This document shows, in pieces, positions 30,009-40,300 of a stretch of DNA of 64,000 bases; within the stretch, counting starts at the first letter, position 1; each line of letters opens with the position of its first letter. This DNA is from an uncultured Cryomorphaceae bacterium (GTDB lineage: Bacteria; Bacteroidota; Bacteroidia; Flavobacteriales_D; Cryomorphaceae). The notes beneath the pieces were generated by a model. It made no database searches. It was not told where the DNA came from and was given only the letters and a program-made list of their open reading frames with translations. Location: positions 42,916 to 106,915 of the forward strand of contig CAVUKD010000001.1 of NCBI GenBank assembly GCA_963741985.1, read 5' to 3'. The translations under genes and the position numbers were made by a program.

Positions 30009-33000
30009 TTATTTTGAATCGACAGAAGTAATTTTGCCGTTGACCACCTGCCCCATTATGGCGGAATCTATTCCGGCTTTGCGGCTCAATTTTAGAAAGT
30101 CTTCCGCTTCAGCTTTGGTCTCAAACTCGGGCGAGGCGTAAATTGAAATGCCGTTTGGTGCAGTAACCCTTCTTATCTGCAAATCGGATCTATCAAGGAA
30201 AACATTTGCCACATTTTGAGGAATATCGCCTGCATAGCTTCCCAGGATAATAACGTATCTCACATTGTCTTTAAAAGGTTCAGATTTGGCAGTGGATTCA
30301 GATTTCGTTTTAGCCACCGGCTTAACACTCTCTGGTTGCTGATTTTTTGAAATTTGAGCTGATAAGATCGAATTTCCTTTCTGATCCAGTAATTCTTGAG
30401 CACGAGTCAAAGAAATTCGTACTCCATTATAATACGCCGTGATAAATGCATCGGTCACTCCTTTGGCAATAGCCTCGGATTTTCGAACGGTTGCATTTTT
30501 AACACTGGAATAGCGGCCACTGGTGTAGCGAATAAATTTAGATGCGGTGAGCTCACTATTCAATTCTACCAAATTGAATAATTTATCGAGTTTAACCGGT
30601 TTCGAATAAACCCCCACCTGAACAGTATAAAATAATCCGGGAGTAACTTCTACCTGAGTGGCTTGAGCTGCTTCAGGATCAGAGTAGTAATCTATATTTT
30701 TCGTTTGAATGGCATCAATTTTAGCTATCTCATCCGTGCTTTTGGTGGCACTCGCTTGTTTACCCGGGTTTTCGGCCGCTTTGTTTTGAGCTATTTCTTC
30801 GGCCGTTACACCTTCATTCACTCGCGCTTGCCGCAAAATGTCCTGAGCCTGAGCACCGGTTAGGCGTTCTCCATCGATATACGCTACAACGAATGCATCA
30901 GAATAACCGCGGGCGCGAATCTTTGTCTTAGCCTCAAGCGCATTGCGGTATTGTTTGAAAATTCCGGCACGATAACGGGTAATTCCATTGTCGAGCTTCT
31001 CTCCCATTATTGGTGCAAAATCTCCGAAAAGATCTTGTGGAATTTTATTCCTAAAAGCGCCAACCTGCACTTGGAAAATCAATCCTTTTGGAAGCTCAGG
31101 ATTCATCGGAATAGGTAACAATTTGGAGTAAATCGGTTGATCTGTATCGATGAAAAGCGACTCCTTCACATCCGAGAAATCATCTTTTTCAGCAATTACT
31201 TCTACAACATTCAGCCAGTTACCATGTGCTTCCAGCAAAAGTTTCTCATCTATCGAACTTAGATTTTCATTAACAGTTACGATATCCGAATCGGGAGTTT
31301 TCTCAGGTGAGGCGGGGGGCACAACATTAATTTTTAAATCTTTTTTGGGAGTTGATTTTACTGGTTTGGCATCATGAATTTCTGTGGAAGCAAGATCGGA
31401 AGTTACAACCGTATAGGTTTTATTGTTTAACACAGCATTAAGTTCGGCTAAATCTTTTGGTTGCAAATATGTGGCACTGCGCGCAATTACCTCTTCTTGT
31501 GATTGTCGCATCGTACGCAGATCTTCTGCTTGATAAGCTGCTAATGAAGCTTTTTCGAGTTTTTCACTTGCCGAAGCAGTCAGACGATCAATGCGATTCT
31601 GAATTTGTATTTTCCTACTTTCAATATTTTCGTGTTTTTTCGCATTTTCTAATCTTTTTACTTCCTCCAGTGTCTCCTTAGCATTGTTCGTGAGCCTTTC
31701 AGCATAATCCGCTTTTCGACTCTCTATTTTCTTCAAACTGTCTGCCTTGATCGATGCCGTGAGATAATTAAGTTTCTCCGGGCTGCCTTTCAGCAATCGA
31801 ATTCCTTTCTCATCAATTTTCGTTGCCGTGCTGAGCAATTTATAATCCGCTTCTTCATTTGCGGATTCATAGAGAATAGGAGAAACTTGGAGCTCCACGT
31901 TATTTGCAATATAATCTGCTTTTTTCTTAGGAGCCATCTTGGATTCATAATCCCTGAAAATTGGTGTTATATAGCTCATGCCCTTTTCAGGTTGATAGTT
32001 AGCTGATTTCTCCAGTATCGCTATTTCCGCAATATCAGATAGTTCAGGAACTTCTTGATTCGTATTTGTTATGGTGTCAGCAGCTTGGTTATCAACTGCG
32101 TTAGCGACCACCACTCGAATTTCATGCGCCTCAACAATATCATCAAGCTGCGTATTAAGTGCATCGAGCTTAGCAATTAAGTCACGATCTCTGGAAATTT
32201 TTTCGGAATTTAATATAATCCCTTTTTGAAGATTTGATTCATTTTCTGAGAGTTGCATAGCAAGACGCGATGATTCCTCAGTTAATTCCCTTATGGGTAT
32301 GGTTTCGCGTGAAGCAGTCGGAAAATTCTGAATCTCAGACATCACCGCATCATTGGCAGATTGGAAAAAAGCGATTTCAGCGGCATTTGAGTTTGCAATG
32401 ACTTCGTTTATTTGCGCATCATTCTTTTCAAGTTTTGTATTTAAATTTGCAAGTTCGGCAGATATTTGATTTTTTTGCACCCCTTGCGGCATTGTTTCAA
32501 TCTGATTCACTAAATTTTGAGCTTCCTGCCGCATCTGTATAGATGAATCCATTTTTGAACGAATTCCGTTGAAAGTAATATTGGCATTCAGTGATTTGTA
32601 ATTCCCTGAGCTGACTTTAGGAGTTTGAATCAGCGCATTAGCCTTTTCAATATTTTGACGTATTTCAGTCGTTGAAATCTCAGAATTTGCAGATACCTCA
32701 TTCGATCTTCCATTCTCTGCAATTGAATTATCAATCTGGCGGTTTACTTCGGTTTTGGTTTGAGCGGCCAGCATTTCGGCTTCAGATTTTAACCGGTCGG
32801 CTTCCTGTCTTTTGTCAGCTGCGATATCATCCAATTGCTGAATTTCTTGCTGCACCAAATCCCGATTAACGTTGGAAGAAGGATCATCGAGTTCGGCTAT
32901 CAATTCATTAATGGAAGCATCAATTTGAGCTGCTATTTGAGCATTCAAAGCAGACATCCGCGTCAATTCATCTAATTTATTAGGCTTTTCGGCCAAAATT

Positions 33001-36000
33001 TCGTCAGAAGAAACCTGATAAAGCGAATCAAAATGATGTACAATTTCAGCCGTCATTTCGGAAGTATTTCTTGGTTCTTCCTTAATTTTCTGTGATTCAG
33101 CGCCAAAAACTTCAGTAGACTCAGCGTTTTCTGAATGGTCTAGTGTATTCTCATTTTGATTTGTGTTTTCTGCTAATTCAGGCTGTCCGTTTTCCGGCTC
33201 ATTTGACGCAAGGCTAATATTTTCAATAAATGTCTGATCTTTATCAATCTCATCAATTACAGCCGATCGCTCAGCCAGTAGTAAGTCATAACGCTTTTGC
33301 AGGGCAATTTTATTATTCGCATTGGTGGTCCCATTTAGCGCTGCAGAATATATCTCAATATCTGCATGCAAATTCTTCAGGTAATCTTTATTAATGTCAA
33401 TTCGGGATGCAGCTTTCGCTTCCTCAGTAGCCTGAAGATCAGATTCCTTCATTTCTACCTCATAGCCTGGAAGGATAACATTGCGCGAATATGAAAGTTG
33501 AAGTTCGGCAGCTAGTTCAGGACTCAAATTCGGAAACTGTGAAGAATTATTTGCCGTTTTATTGATCTGTTCATCTGCTGTAACGGTTTCAGAAACCATG
33601 GATTTATACTCGCGCGCCTCAGGAGTTCGTGCTTGGTAAGCCATCTCTCCAGTTTGAACTTTTCGATCCTGAAGGATTTCAAGCATTTTCATGCGCCGTA
33701 ATTCGAGGAGTTGTTCGGACCACAATTCACTGACCGCAGAATCCGACATATTTTTATCGACAGATGCAATGAAATTTTCATTCAATGCAATACGTTTATT
33801 AGCAATTTCTGGATCACTCAATCCGGACAACTCAATTGAAGCCAGTTCGGGGAGGTAATTAGAATCCACCTTCCGAATATTTTTTATTGATTGGATATCT
33901 GTTGCCGATTCATTACTTTTCATTTCTAATCGACTCACCAAAGAGGAGCTCAGGGTATCTACATCATTTTCGGCCGCAGCGACGACACTTGCAAGGGCCT
34001 CTGCATCAGTTCGATCTGCACTTTGCATTTTTTGGATCGAAGCCTCACTTACAGAAATTTCTTTTTCCTTAGCCGTGCGAAGCTCCCTGTATTGATCCAA
34101 TTGCGCCTGAGCGCCGGCTTTGTCGGTTGCAGTATTTGCTGCAAGTTCATCTTCGAGCTCAGCTATAGAGGCATCAATAATAGCGATCCAGTCTGAGGCA
34201 GCAGAAATTTTTACTTTCTCAGCTTTTATCTGCTTCGGGATTTCGGTTATTTCTGGTTTCTTCACATCATCACCCTCCCCTGTCGCGACGGAATGAACAG
34301 AATCACTTTTTGCCAGTTCATTAACCGTAAGCGAGTTTTCAAGAGAATTACCCTTTGAATCACTTCCTTGATTCCCAAACACATCAGGTGTTGCATTCGC
34401 TATTTCATCACCAACCAATTTTGGATTGGATATAGATTCATTTACTCTTTTCTCTTCAAGACTATTCTCCGATTCATCCGACTTATTTTCAGCTAAATCG
34501 GCTGAACTTGATTTTGGAACCTCTTCGTTCGTGGAGTTTCTGGCATCCTGAGTAATAGTCTCATCTTGCGAAGATTCATTCAGGTTTTTGGCAGAATCCG
34601 TTCTATCAGAACGAGCGATTTCGGCTTGTGTTGATGCAGAAGGGTCAATTCCATTTTCGGTTTCTTCAGCATCTTCATTCGAAAGATTCTCGACTTGGGA
34701 ATTGGATTTATCTAAATCCACATTTTCTTTGTCATTATTAGTTGAAAATGAGGCTAAAAGCGCATCATCATTTTGGACTCCAGCTTGACTGTTAACTGAG
34801 GCATCTGGAGCATATTCTCTCTTAAAAGCCATTGCAACCTGATCGTTTTCAAAAACATTTCCTGCATCAGGATTAGCCGTCAGATAAGATGAAACCGCCT
34901 GGTTATCAATCGATAATTTCGAAATAGATAAGGCTACTTGGTCCAGGTTACCCTCTTTAATTTCATTTGCCGCGCTGGCAACAGTTTTGTCGGGGGTTGA
35001 GTCTTCACTAAGCGCGGCCAGAATATCGTATTGCTGAGATTTGCTGAAAGCTTCTTTTTGCACCATTGCTGCTTCCGCAAATGCCTTATCCGTTCTTCTT
35101 TCCGAACTGGCAATTTCAGCTTTTAAGTTAACAATTTCGCCATCAAGTTTAGTGGCATCTTTTCCTTTAGCCGTTTCTCTTTGACGGTTTCGGGTAACTA
35201 AACGAGCCTTTAATTCATCATTTTGTGCTCGGAGGGAAGAAGCACGATCGAGGTATTTTTTAGCGTCTCTTTGAGCTTCGCTGCTATTAGATTGAATCTC
35301 AGTAACCGGATTATATTTTTCTACCGATTTGTCTGTATTTTCCTGATTCTCCTTTTCACGTTTTAAAGCAGTCAAAGCAGCATTGTAGTCATCGCCTTCC
35401 AGCGCAGCTTTTAAAGAATCATTAAACTGTTGATTTTTTTCATAAGCCGTCTGGGTTCTTTCTTCAATTTTGGAAAGATTTTCAATCAGTGCTTTAGAAC
35501 TTTCAGCTTCATTTAACGCATTCTCAGCTTTCAGTTTCGCAATTCCCGCATCAAACATTATTTTACTACGCTCATCTCCAGTGGCTTTATCTGCCTGGGC
35601 TATCAAGCCGCTTGCCTCTTTCTGTTTGGCTTCGGCTACAGCTAATACATCAAAATAATTTTGGTTTGCAGCATTTTTCAATTGAGAAATACGCGCTGCT
35701 TGTGAACCAATTTTCTTGGTTCTTTCCAAAGCAGTATTCAAAACTTTTTCATTGTTCAACCCCGCTCCGAAACCGGCCGCAGTATAGGCCATGGCAATAT
35801 CTTGTTCTGATTCAGGCTGCAGTACCGGTTCTTCAGCTTGTCCCGAAGCATTAAAGTTTACATCAAGCGCCGCACGCTGACGCAAAAGTTTTTGTGCCAA
35901 TGCAGTTACATCCCCATCATAGGTTTGATCAAAGAGATTATTAATAAGCAATTTTTCCACTCCGGAAGAGCTTACGAGTTGCATGTTTTGCAAATAGGCC

Positions 36001-37286
36001 TTTATGCCTGAGCTTTTCGGAATATCTACCGTTCCACTATGTATCTGATTGCTCTTTTCAATTTCGACTAAAAATTTAAATCGTCCACTTCTCGGAAAGC
36101 TCAATACATAATCACCCGAATTGGGATCGGTATATTGTACATCGATTTGTGCGTTTGTGGAAGCATCCACTACGGTGATTTTTGCCAGTTTGTTTTCCGG
36201 ACTAATTTTGTTTGAGAAGCTTCCTTTAATTAAGGTGATTTCAGCAGGGACACTTTTAACTAATACTTTATATACATCCAACTCACCTTGTGTGCTGCCT
36301 CGTGAGGATGCAAAATTGGCCAATTGTTTTGCCGAATCGGCAACGTAAAAAAGATCGTCATCAGGTGTGTTTATAGCAAAATCGAGATTCTTGGCAGTGG
36401 TAAACCTTCCAGTTGATGCATCCAGATCAGCGCGAAAAATATCATATCCTCCCATGCTGCTGTGGCCTTTGGAGGAGAAATAGAACGTCGTATTATCGGG
36501 GTGTAAAAAAGGATAATCTTCATCATACGGGGTATTAATCTCTGGACCGAGTTTTTGCGGGTTAGAAAATGCACCGTTTGGTAAAACTTCCGCTTGATAG
36601 ATATCGAGACCGTTATCACCATCTTTCCCATAGCTCGAAAAATAAACCGTAGTTCCCGACCCGCGAAAAAGAATCAGTGATTTATGGTTTCGCTTCTTAT
36701 CAAGCGAGCTCAGAAGGGCATCGGGCGTAACGAGGATCTTGCCTCCAATATCGCTCAGGTCGTATATTCTGAAGAAAGATTCAGCCAGAGATTTATTCTT
36801 AGCCAGAACCGTAACTTCCTTGATGTTTGACAGAAGGTTTTGTCCGTTGCGGCAATCTTCAATTTCTCGATCAACATTTCGCTCGGCAATTTCCTTTTTC
36901 GATGCGAGTTCCTGAAATTTTTGATAGGCATTGATCGCATCCGCAAATTGATAATTAAGGTGATAGGCTTTTCCCAGAAAGTACCAACAATTTTTGTCGA
37001 TTCCAGTTTTTGTGGAAGCAAAACGCAGATACTTTATGGCTTCTTCCTTCTTAGTCGCATCGCCATAAAGTGCTGTTGCACCATACTTATAATTGAATTC
37101 TGGCTTGGTGGGTTCGAGGCTTAATAATTGGGCGTAAAGCGGCATTGCCTCAGCGTATTTGTGCTGTTCAAAGAGCACATTTGCTTCGCTGAGCAAATTA
37201 TCTTCACTGTACTGTGCCTTAAGGCTTAATGCCGAAGTAAGACACAGCGCAATTAAATACAGCTTGTATTTAAAGCGTTGAGTCAA
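30009..37286 (-). CDS. Giant exported protein: TPR + PD40/WD40-like propeller + carboxypeptidase-regulatory-like domain + long helical stalk + three SPOR-like domains
   Basis: Signal peptide ending SLKAQ; TPRs; PD40 motifs (INTPYDEDYPFLHPDNTTFYFSSKGHSSMGGYDIF, INTPDDD); three C-terminal repeats F.VQVGAF/Y...RY..G...A......G..DAF..AY. Confidence 0.75.
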   Translation of the reverse strand: MTQRFKYKLYLIALCLTSALSLKAQYSEDNLLSEANVLFEQHKYAEAMPLYAQLLSLEPTKPEFNYKYGATALYGDATKKEEAIKYLRFASTKTGIDKNCWYFLGKAYHLNYQFADAINAYQKFQELASKKEIAERNVDREIEDCRNGQNLLSNIKEVTVLAKNKSLAESFFRIYDLSDIGGKILVTPDALLSSLDKKRNHKSLILFRGSGTTVYFSSYGKDGDNGLDIYQAEVLPNGAFSNPQKLGPEINTPYDEDYPFLHPDNTTFYFSSKGHSSMGGYDIFRADLDASTGRFTTAKNLDFAINTPDDDLFYVADSAKQLANFASSRGSTQGELDVYKVLVKSVPAEITLIKGSFSNKISPENKLAKITVVDASTNAQIDVQYTDPNSGDYVLSFPRSGRFKFLVEIEKSNQIHSGTVDIPKSSGIKAYLQNMQLVSSSGVEKLLINNLFDQTYDGDVTALAQKLLRQRAALDVNFNASGQAEEPVLQPESEQDIAMAYTAAGFGAGLNNEKVLNTALERTKKIGSQAARISQLKNAANQNYFDVLAVAEAKQKEASGLIAQADKATGDERSKIMFDAGIAKLKAENALNEAESSKALIENLSKIEERTQTAYEKNQQFNDSLKAALEGDDYNAALTALKREKENQENTDKSVEKYNPVTEIQSNSSEAQRDAKKYLDRASSLRAQNDELKARLVTRNRQRETAKGKDATKLDGEIVNLKAEIASSERRTDKAFAEAAMVQKEAFSKSQQYDILAALSEDSTPDKTVASAANEIKEGNLDQVALSISKLSIDNQAVSSYLTANPDAGNVFENDQVAMAFKREYAPDASVNSQAGVQNDDALLASFSTNNDKENVDLDKSNSQVENLSNEDAEETENGIDPSASTQAEIARSDRTDSAKNLNESSQDETITQDARNSTNEEVPKSSSADLAENKSDESENSLEEKRVNESISNPKLVGDEIANATPDVFGNQGSDSKGNSLENSLTVNELAKSDSVHSVATGEGDDVKKPEITEIPKQIKAEKVKISAASDWIAIIDASIAELEDELAANTATDKAGAQAQLDQYRELRTAKEKEISVSEASIQKMQSADRTDAEALASVVAAAENDVDTLSSSLVSRLEMKSNESATDIQSIKNIRKVDSNYLPELASIELSGLSDPEIANKRIALNENFIASVDKNMSDSAVSELWSEQLLELRRMKMLEILQDRKVQTGEMAYQARTPEAREYKSMVSETVTADEQINKTANNSSQFPNLSPELAAELQLSYSRNVILPGYEVEMKESDLQATEEAKAASRIDINKDYLKNLHADIEIYSAALNGTTNANNKIALQKRYDLLLAERSAVIDEIDKDQTFIENISLASNEPENGQPELAENTNQNENTLDHSENAESTEVFGAESQKIKEEPRNTSEMTAEIVHHFDSLYQVSSDEILAEKPNKLDELTRMSALNAQIAAQIDASINELIAELDDPSSNVNRDLVQQEIQQLDDIAADKRQEADRLKSEAEMLAAQTKTEVNRQIDNSIAENGRSNEVSANSEISTTEIRQNIEKANALIQTPKVSSGNYKSLNANITFNGIRSKMDSSIQMRQEAQNLVNQIETMPQGVQKNQISAELANLNTKLEKNDAQINEVIANSNAAEIAFFQSANDAVMSEIQNFPTASRETIPIRELTEESSRLAMQLSENESNLQKGIILNSEKISRDRDLIAKLDALNTQLDDIVEAHEIRVVVANAVDNQAADTITNTNQEVPELSDIAEIAILEKSANYQPEKGMSYITPIFRDYESKMAPKKKADYIANNVELQVSPILYESANEEADYKLLSTATKIDEKGIRLLKGSPEKLNYLTASIKADSLKKIESRKADYAERLTNNAKETLEEVKRLENAKKHENIESRKIQIQNRIDRLTASASEKLEKASLAAYQAEDLRTMRQSQEEVIARSATYLQPKDLAELNAVLNNKTYTVVTSDLASTEIHDAKPVKSTPKKDLKINVVPPASPEKTPDSDIVTVNENLSSIDEKLLLEAHGNWLNVVEVIAEKDDFSDVKESLFIDTDQPIYSKLLPIPMNPELPKGLIFQVQVGAFRNKIPQDLFGDFAPIMGEKLDNGITRYRAGIFKQYRNALEAKTKIRARGYSDAFVVAYIDGERLTGAQAQDILRQARVNEGVTAEEIAQNKAAENPGKQASATKSTDEIAKIDAIQTKNIDYYSDPEAAQATQVEVTPGLFYTVQVGVYSKPVKLDKLFNLVELNSELTASKFIRYTSGRYSSVKNATVRKSEAIAKGVTDAFITAYYNGVRISLTRAQELLDQKGNSILSAQISKNQQPESVKPVAKTKSESTAKSEPFKDNVRYVIILGSYAGDIPQNVANVFLDRSDLQIRRVTAPNGISIYASPEFETKAEAEDFLKLSRKAGIDSAIMGQVVNGKITSVDSK

Positions 37287-37362
37287 TTTATAGTTTAAAG
37301 GTCCTTTTTCTACGCCTTGGGAAACGTAAAGTTACGCTAAGAAACCAATAAAAAGGTTCTTA

Positions 37363-40300
37363 TTAAAACATGAACTGATCCAAAAATATATTTTGCTTGG
37401 ATTTGGAGCCTAACATGTAAAGATAGTCATCCTCTTTTTTCTTTCCGGAGGTCTTTCTTTTGTCCTCTTTTTCTTCGAGCACTACGTTGTTAAACTCTTT
37501 ATCTGAGGCATATACCTGCATAAGACCACGCTTGTAAGTGAAGTAATACCAATTGGCTTCATCTACTTCAAAGTAGATATGAATAATATCCCCGCTCACT
37601 CTTTTTTCAATTACAATTTTCCCGGGTACTTTTCGGAAAAATTGATCTTTACCAATGCTTGCTATTCCGATCTCTCCTTTCGAAACAAAAGCTTCCAAAA
37701 CCGGATCCCATGTCATTTCAACGTCTGAGATGAATAAAGTCTTATTCAAGTCATCCGGAATCTTTTTGAGTGTGCCGCTCAAACTCAATTCGGAAATAAC
37801 CTTATCGGAAGCGTCAAGCCCCATCAATTCTCGAACCGCATACTCGTAATTTGATTTGGAAAAATCGACAGGTTTCAAATCGGGAACTGCACTCAGGTAA
37901 GTTCGCATCTTGTCCAGCGCCTGCTGACTAAATGGGAAGTTGAGCGTCATGGAAGCATCTATTGCTACTTTTTCATTTGCCGGATCATAATTCAACTTAC
38001 CGATGGTTTTCATGTCAAATTGTCCCAGATCATCACTTAAATTCAAAGTTCCCTGTCCATCAAGACTGCAGCTCTCGGTATTGAGGGATACAAAATTCCC
38101 GGGAAGGTTATTTTGTTTTAGTTTAGCATCTGAGGCTACTTCGTAAGTTTTCTTGACTTTATTGTATTCCAGCAATCCACGTGAAGTTAAGACACTTTGA
38201 TCATTTTCATTGTGACTCGCCGACAAGAAAGTACCATATATCTCATACGGATCCTTCGCGAGTTTCAACCCCACATCAACGAGATCTCCCTTATCATCGG
38301 TGAGCACAGTATCTACCGGGATTTCCACGTTTTGAGGGTCTATACTTGCCGTAAATTTCATCCAATTTCGTTGCAATCGGTCGCAATTGTGAATAATGCG
38401 TGTACTTCCGTCAAAAGTCAAAAACTTGTCGTTTGACTTCAGATTCACTTTTCCTTGATACTCAAAATGGGGGCTTAGAAAAAACTTATCGTCTGAAGCG
38501 ATCCTACCGGTACCAACAGTTTGAAGCGAACTATCCACACCAATGGTTTCGATGGAGATCAAATTTGGCTGTTTGTTTTCATCTATATATGTGTAACTTC
38601 CCGCACCCACGTAGTCAAATCGTGAGAAGATAGTTACCGATGCATCGCTAATCGTATGGTATTGGGTAACGTAGTTGGCAAGGATTGTAGCATGTACAAG
38701 TGGATCCATCTTGGCGCGACGTCGGATAACTACTTTTCCGCTATCGGGTGTAATTTTTGCGTCTGCAACGCGAATCCACGGAATTTTTGAAGCAGAGATG
38801 GTATAGCTATCTAAGTCATAAACGGCACTTGGCGACATGAAATTAAGTGAATCCTGACCTTTGGCAGTACTAAAAAAGTTCGAGCGATTCATATCGAGCT
38901 CTGTATCGATTACGAAATCCGTTGCCATCTGTCTCGATGTTTCCAGAGCAATATCGTTTTTGTCCATAAACCACTTAAATTCATCCATAAAACAGATATA
39001 GTCATTTACGGGAAATTCTACTTTCGTTTCATCGCCATTCGATTTGAATTTACCAATACGGTTATCAAAATCAATGAATGCATTTACATTGTCCGTTTTA
39101 AAAGCAAGATTGGCTTCCTGCATAGCCAGAAGGCTGAATGCTGCCGTATCTGAATTGAAAGTATTGTAATGAAAGTTCATCAGATCGGATTCCAACTCAG
39201 CTCCCGAAAATACAACAACACCCGAACCGGATAACCCAGTAGGCTGAAGATCGATTTTTCCTTTAGTAGCCTGTGCCTGTCCTTCAAAGAGGTTAATTGG
39301 TGTTTTAATGACACCGGCTGACATTTTATCATCCAGTGGGTAGAATCCTAAATCGACAGTCGTGGCATTCGCTTCAGGTATTTCAAGCGGTGTTTTTTGC
39401 GCAGTATTTACGAAAGATGAGGTAATACCGCGCGTACTATCTGGGAAGAAGGTAAATCGGTCTGAGGAGGCGGTCGCTGTGAGATATTCAATATCTCCAT
39501 TTCCTTGAAGCCCGTCATCACCCAGAATAATTTCATTTTTAAAAGTGGCCTTATTCCCATATAGCGCAAGTCCTTCAGCAGGTGTAGCGCGTTTGAAACC
39601 AAGTGAATAATCTTCCTGAATACGAAGTTTTTCATTCATTTCGGGAAATATCCCGCCACTAACGAATCGCCCGTCGAAGGCCACTTGTTCAGTGGCAAAA
39701 TTATCGAGGCTGTCGAGCACAAAAGGCTCGAGTTCGAAAAATACTTTATCGCGTTTGTATAGCCCACTCTGGATTCTCTTATTATCGTAATAGACATATG
39801 AATCTTTATCGCTGGTAAGAATCGGAAATTCAGTAAATTGATCCTGTAATCCGGATTTGTTAAATGGGTTGTCAATCTGGAGCGTCCCTCCTATCCCTTC
39901 AATAACATTTTTCACCCTTCGAAGATTACTCGAATTTGGGCTAAAATCCTCAACGTAGAGCTGACAGGAATCTACATTTATCAAATCGATCTGGAATTTG
40001 TCGTAATTGAAAGCATACTCCTGACCATAAAATTCGAAACGTCCGGAGCGAATGACACCTCCAAAATTGAAATCACGATTTTTACGCAAGTTTACCTCGC
40101 CATTTTTTGGGTAAATCGCCACATTCTGTGAATCCGAAAGCAGAATTTGGCTTACTCCTTTCAATGCGAGATCAAAATTGACGAGATTGAGTTCAGCATT
40201 ATCACCATTTTTGACGTCAGAGTTAAAGATAATAACATCGTAATCAATATTTCCGCCAGCAGCGGAGATATAATCGAAAAGCTTCTGACGGACATGCACC

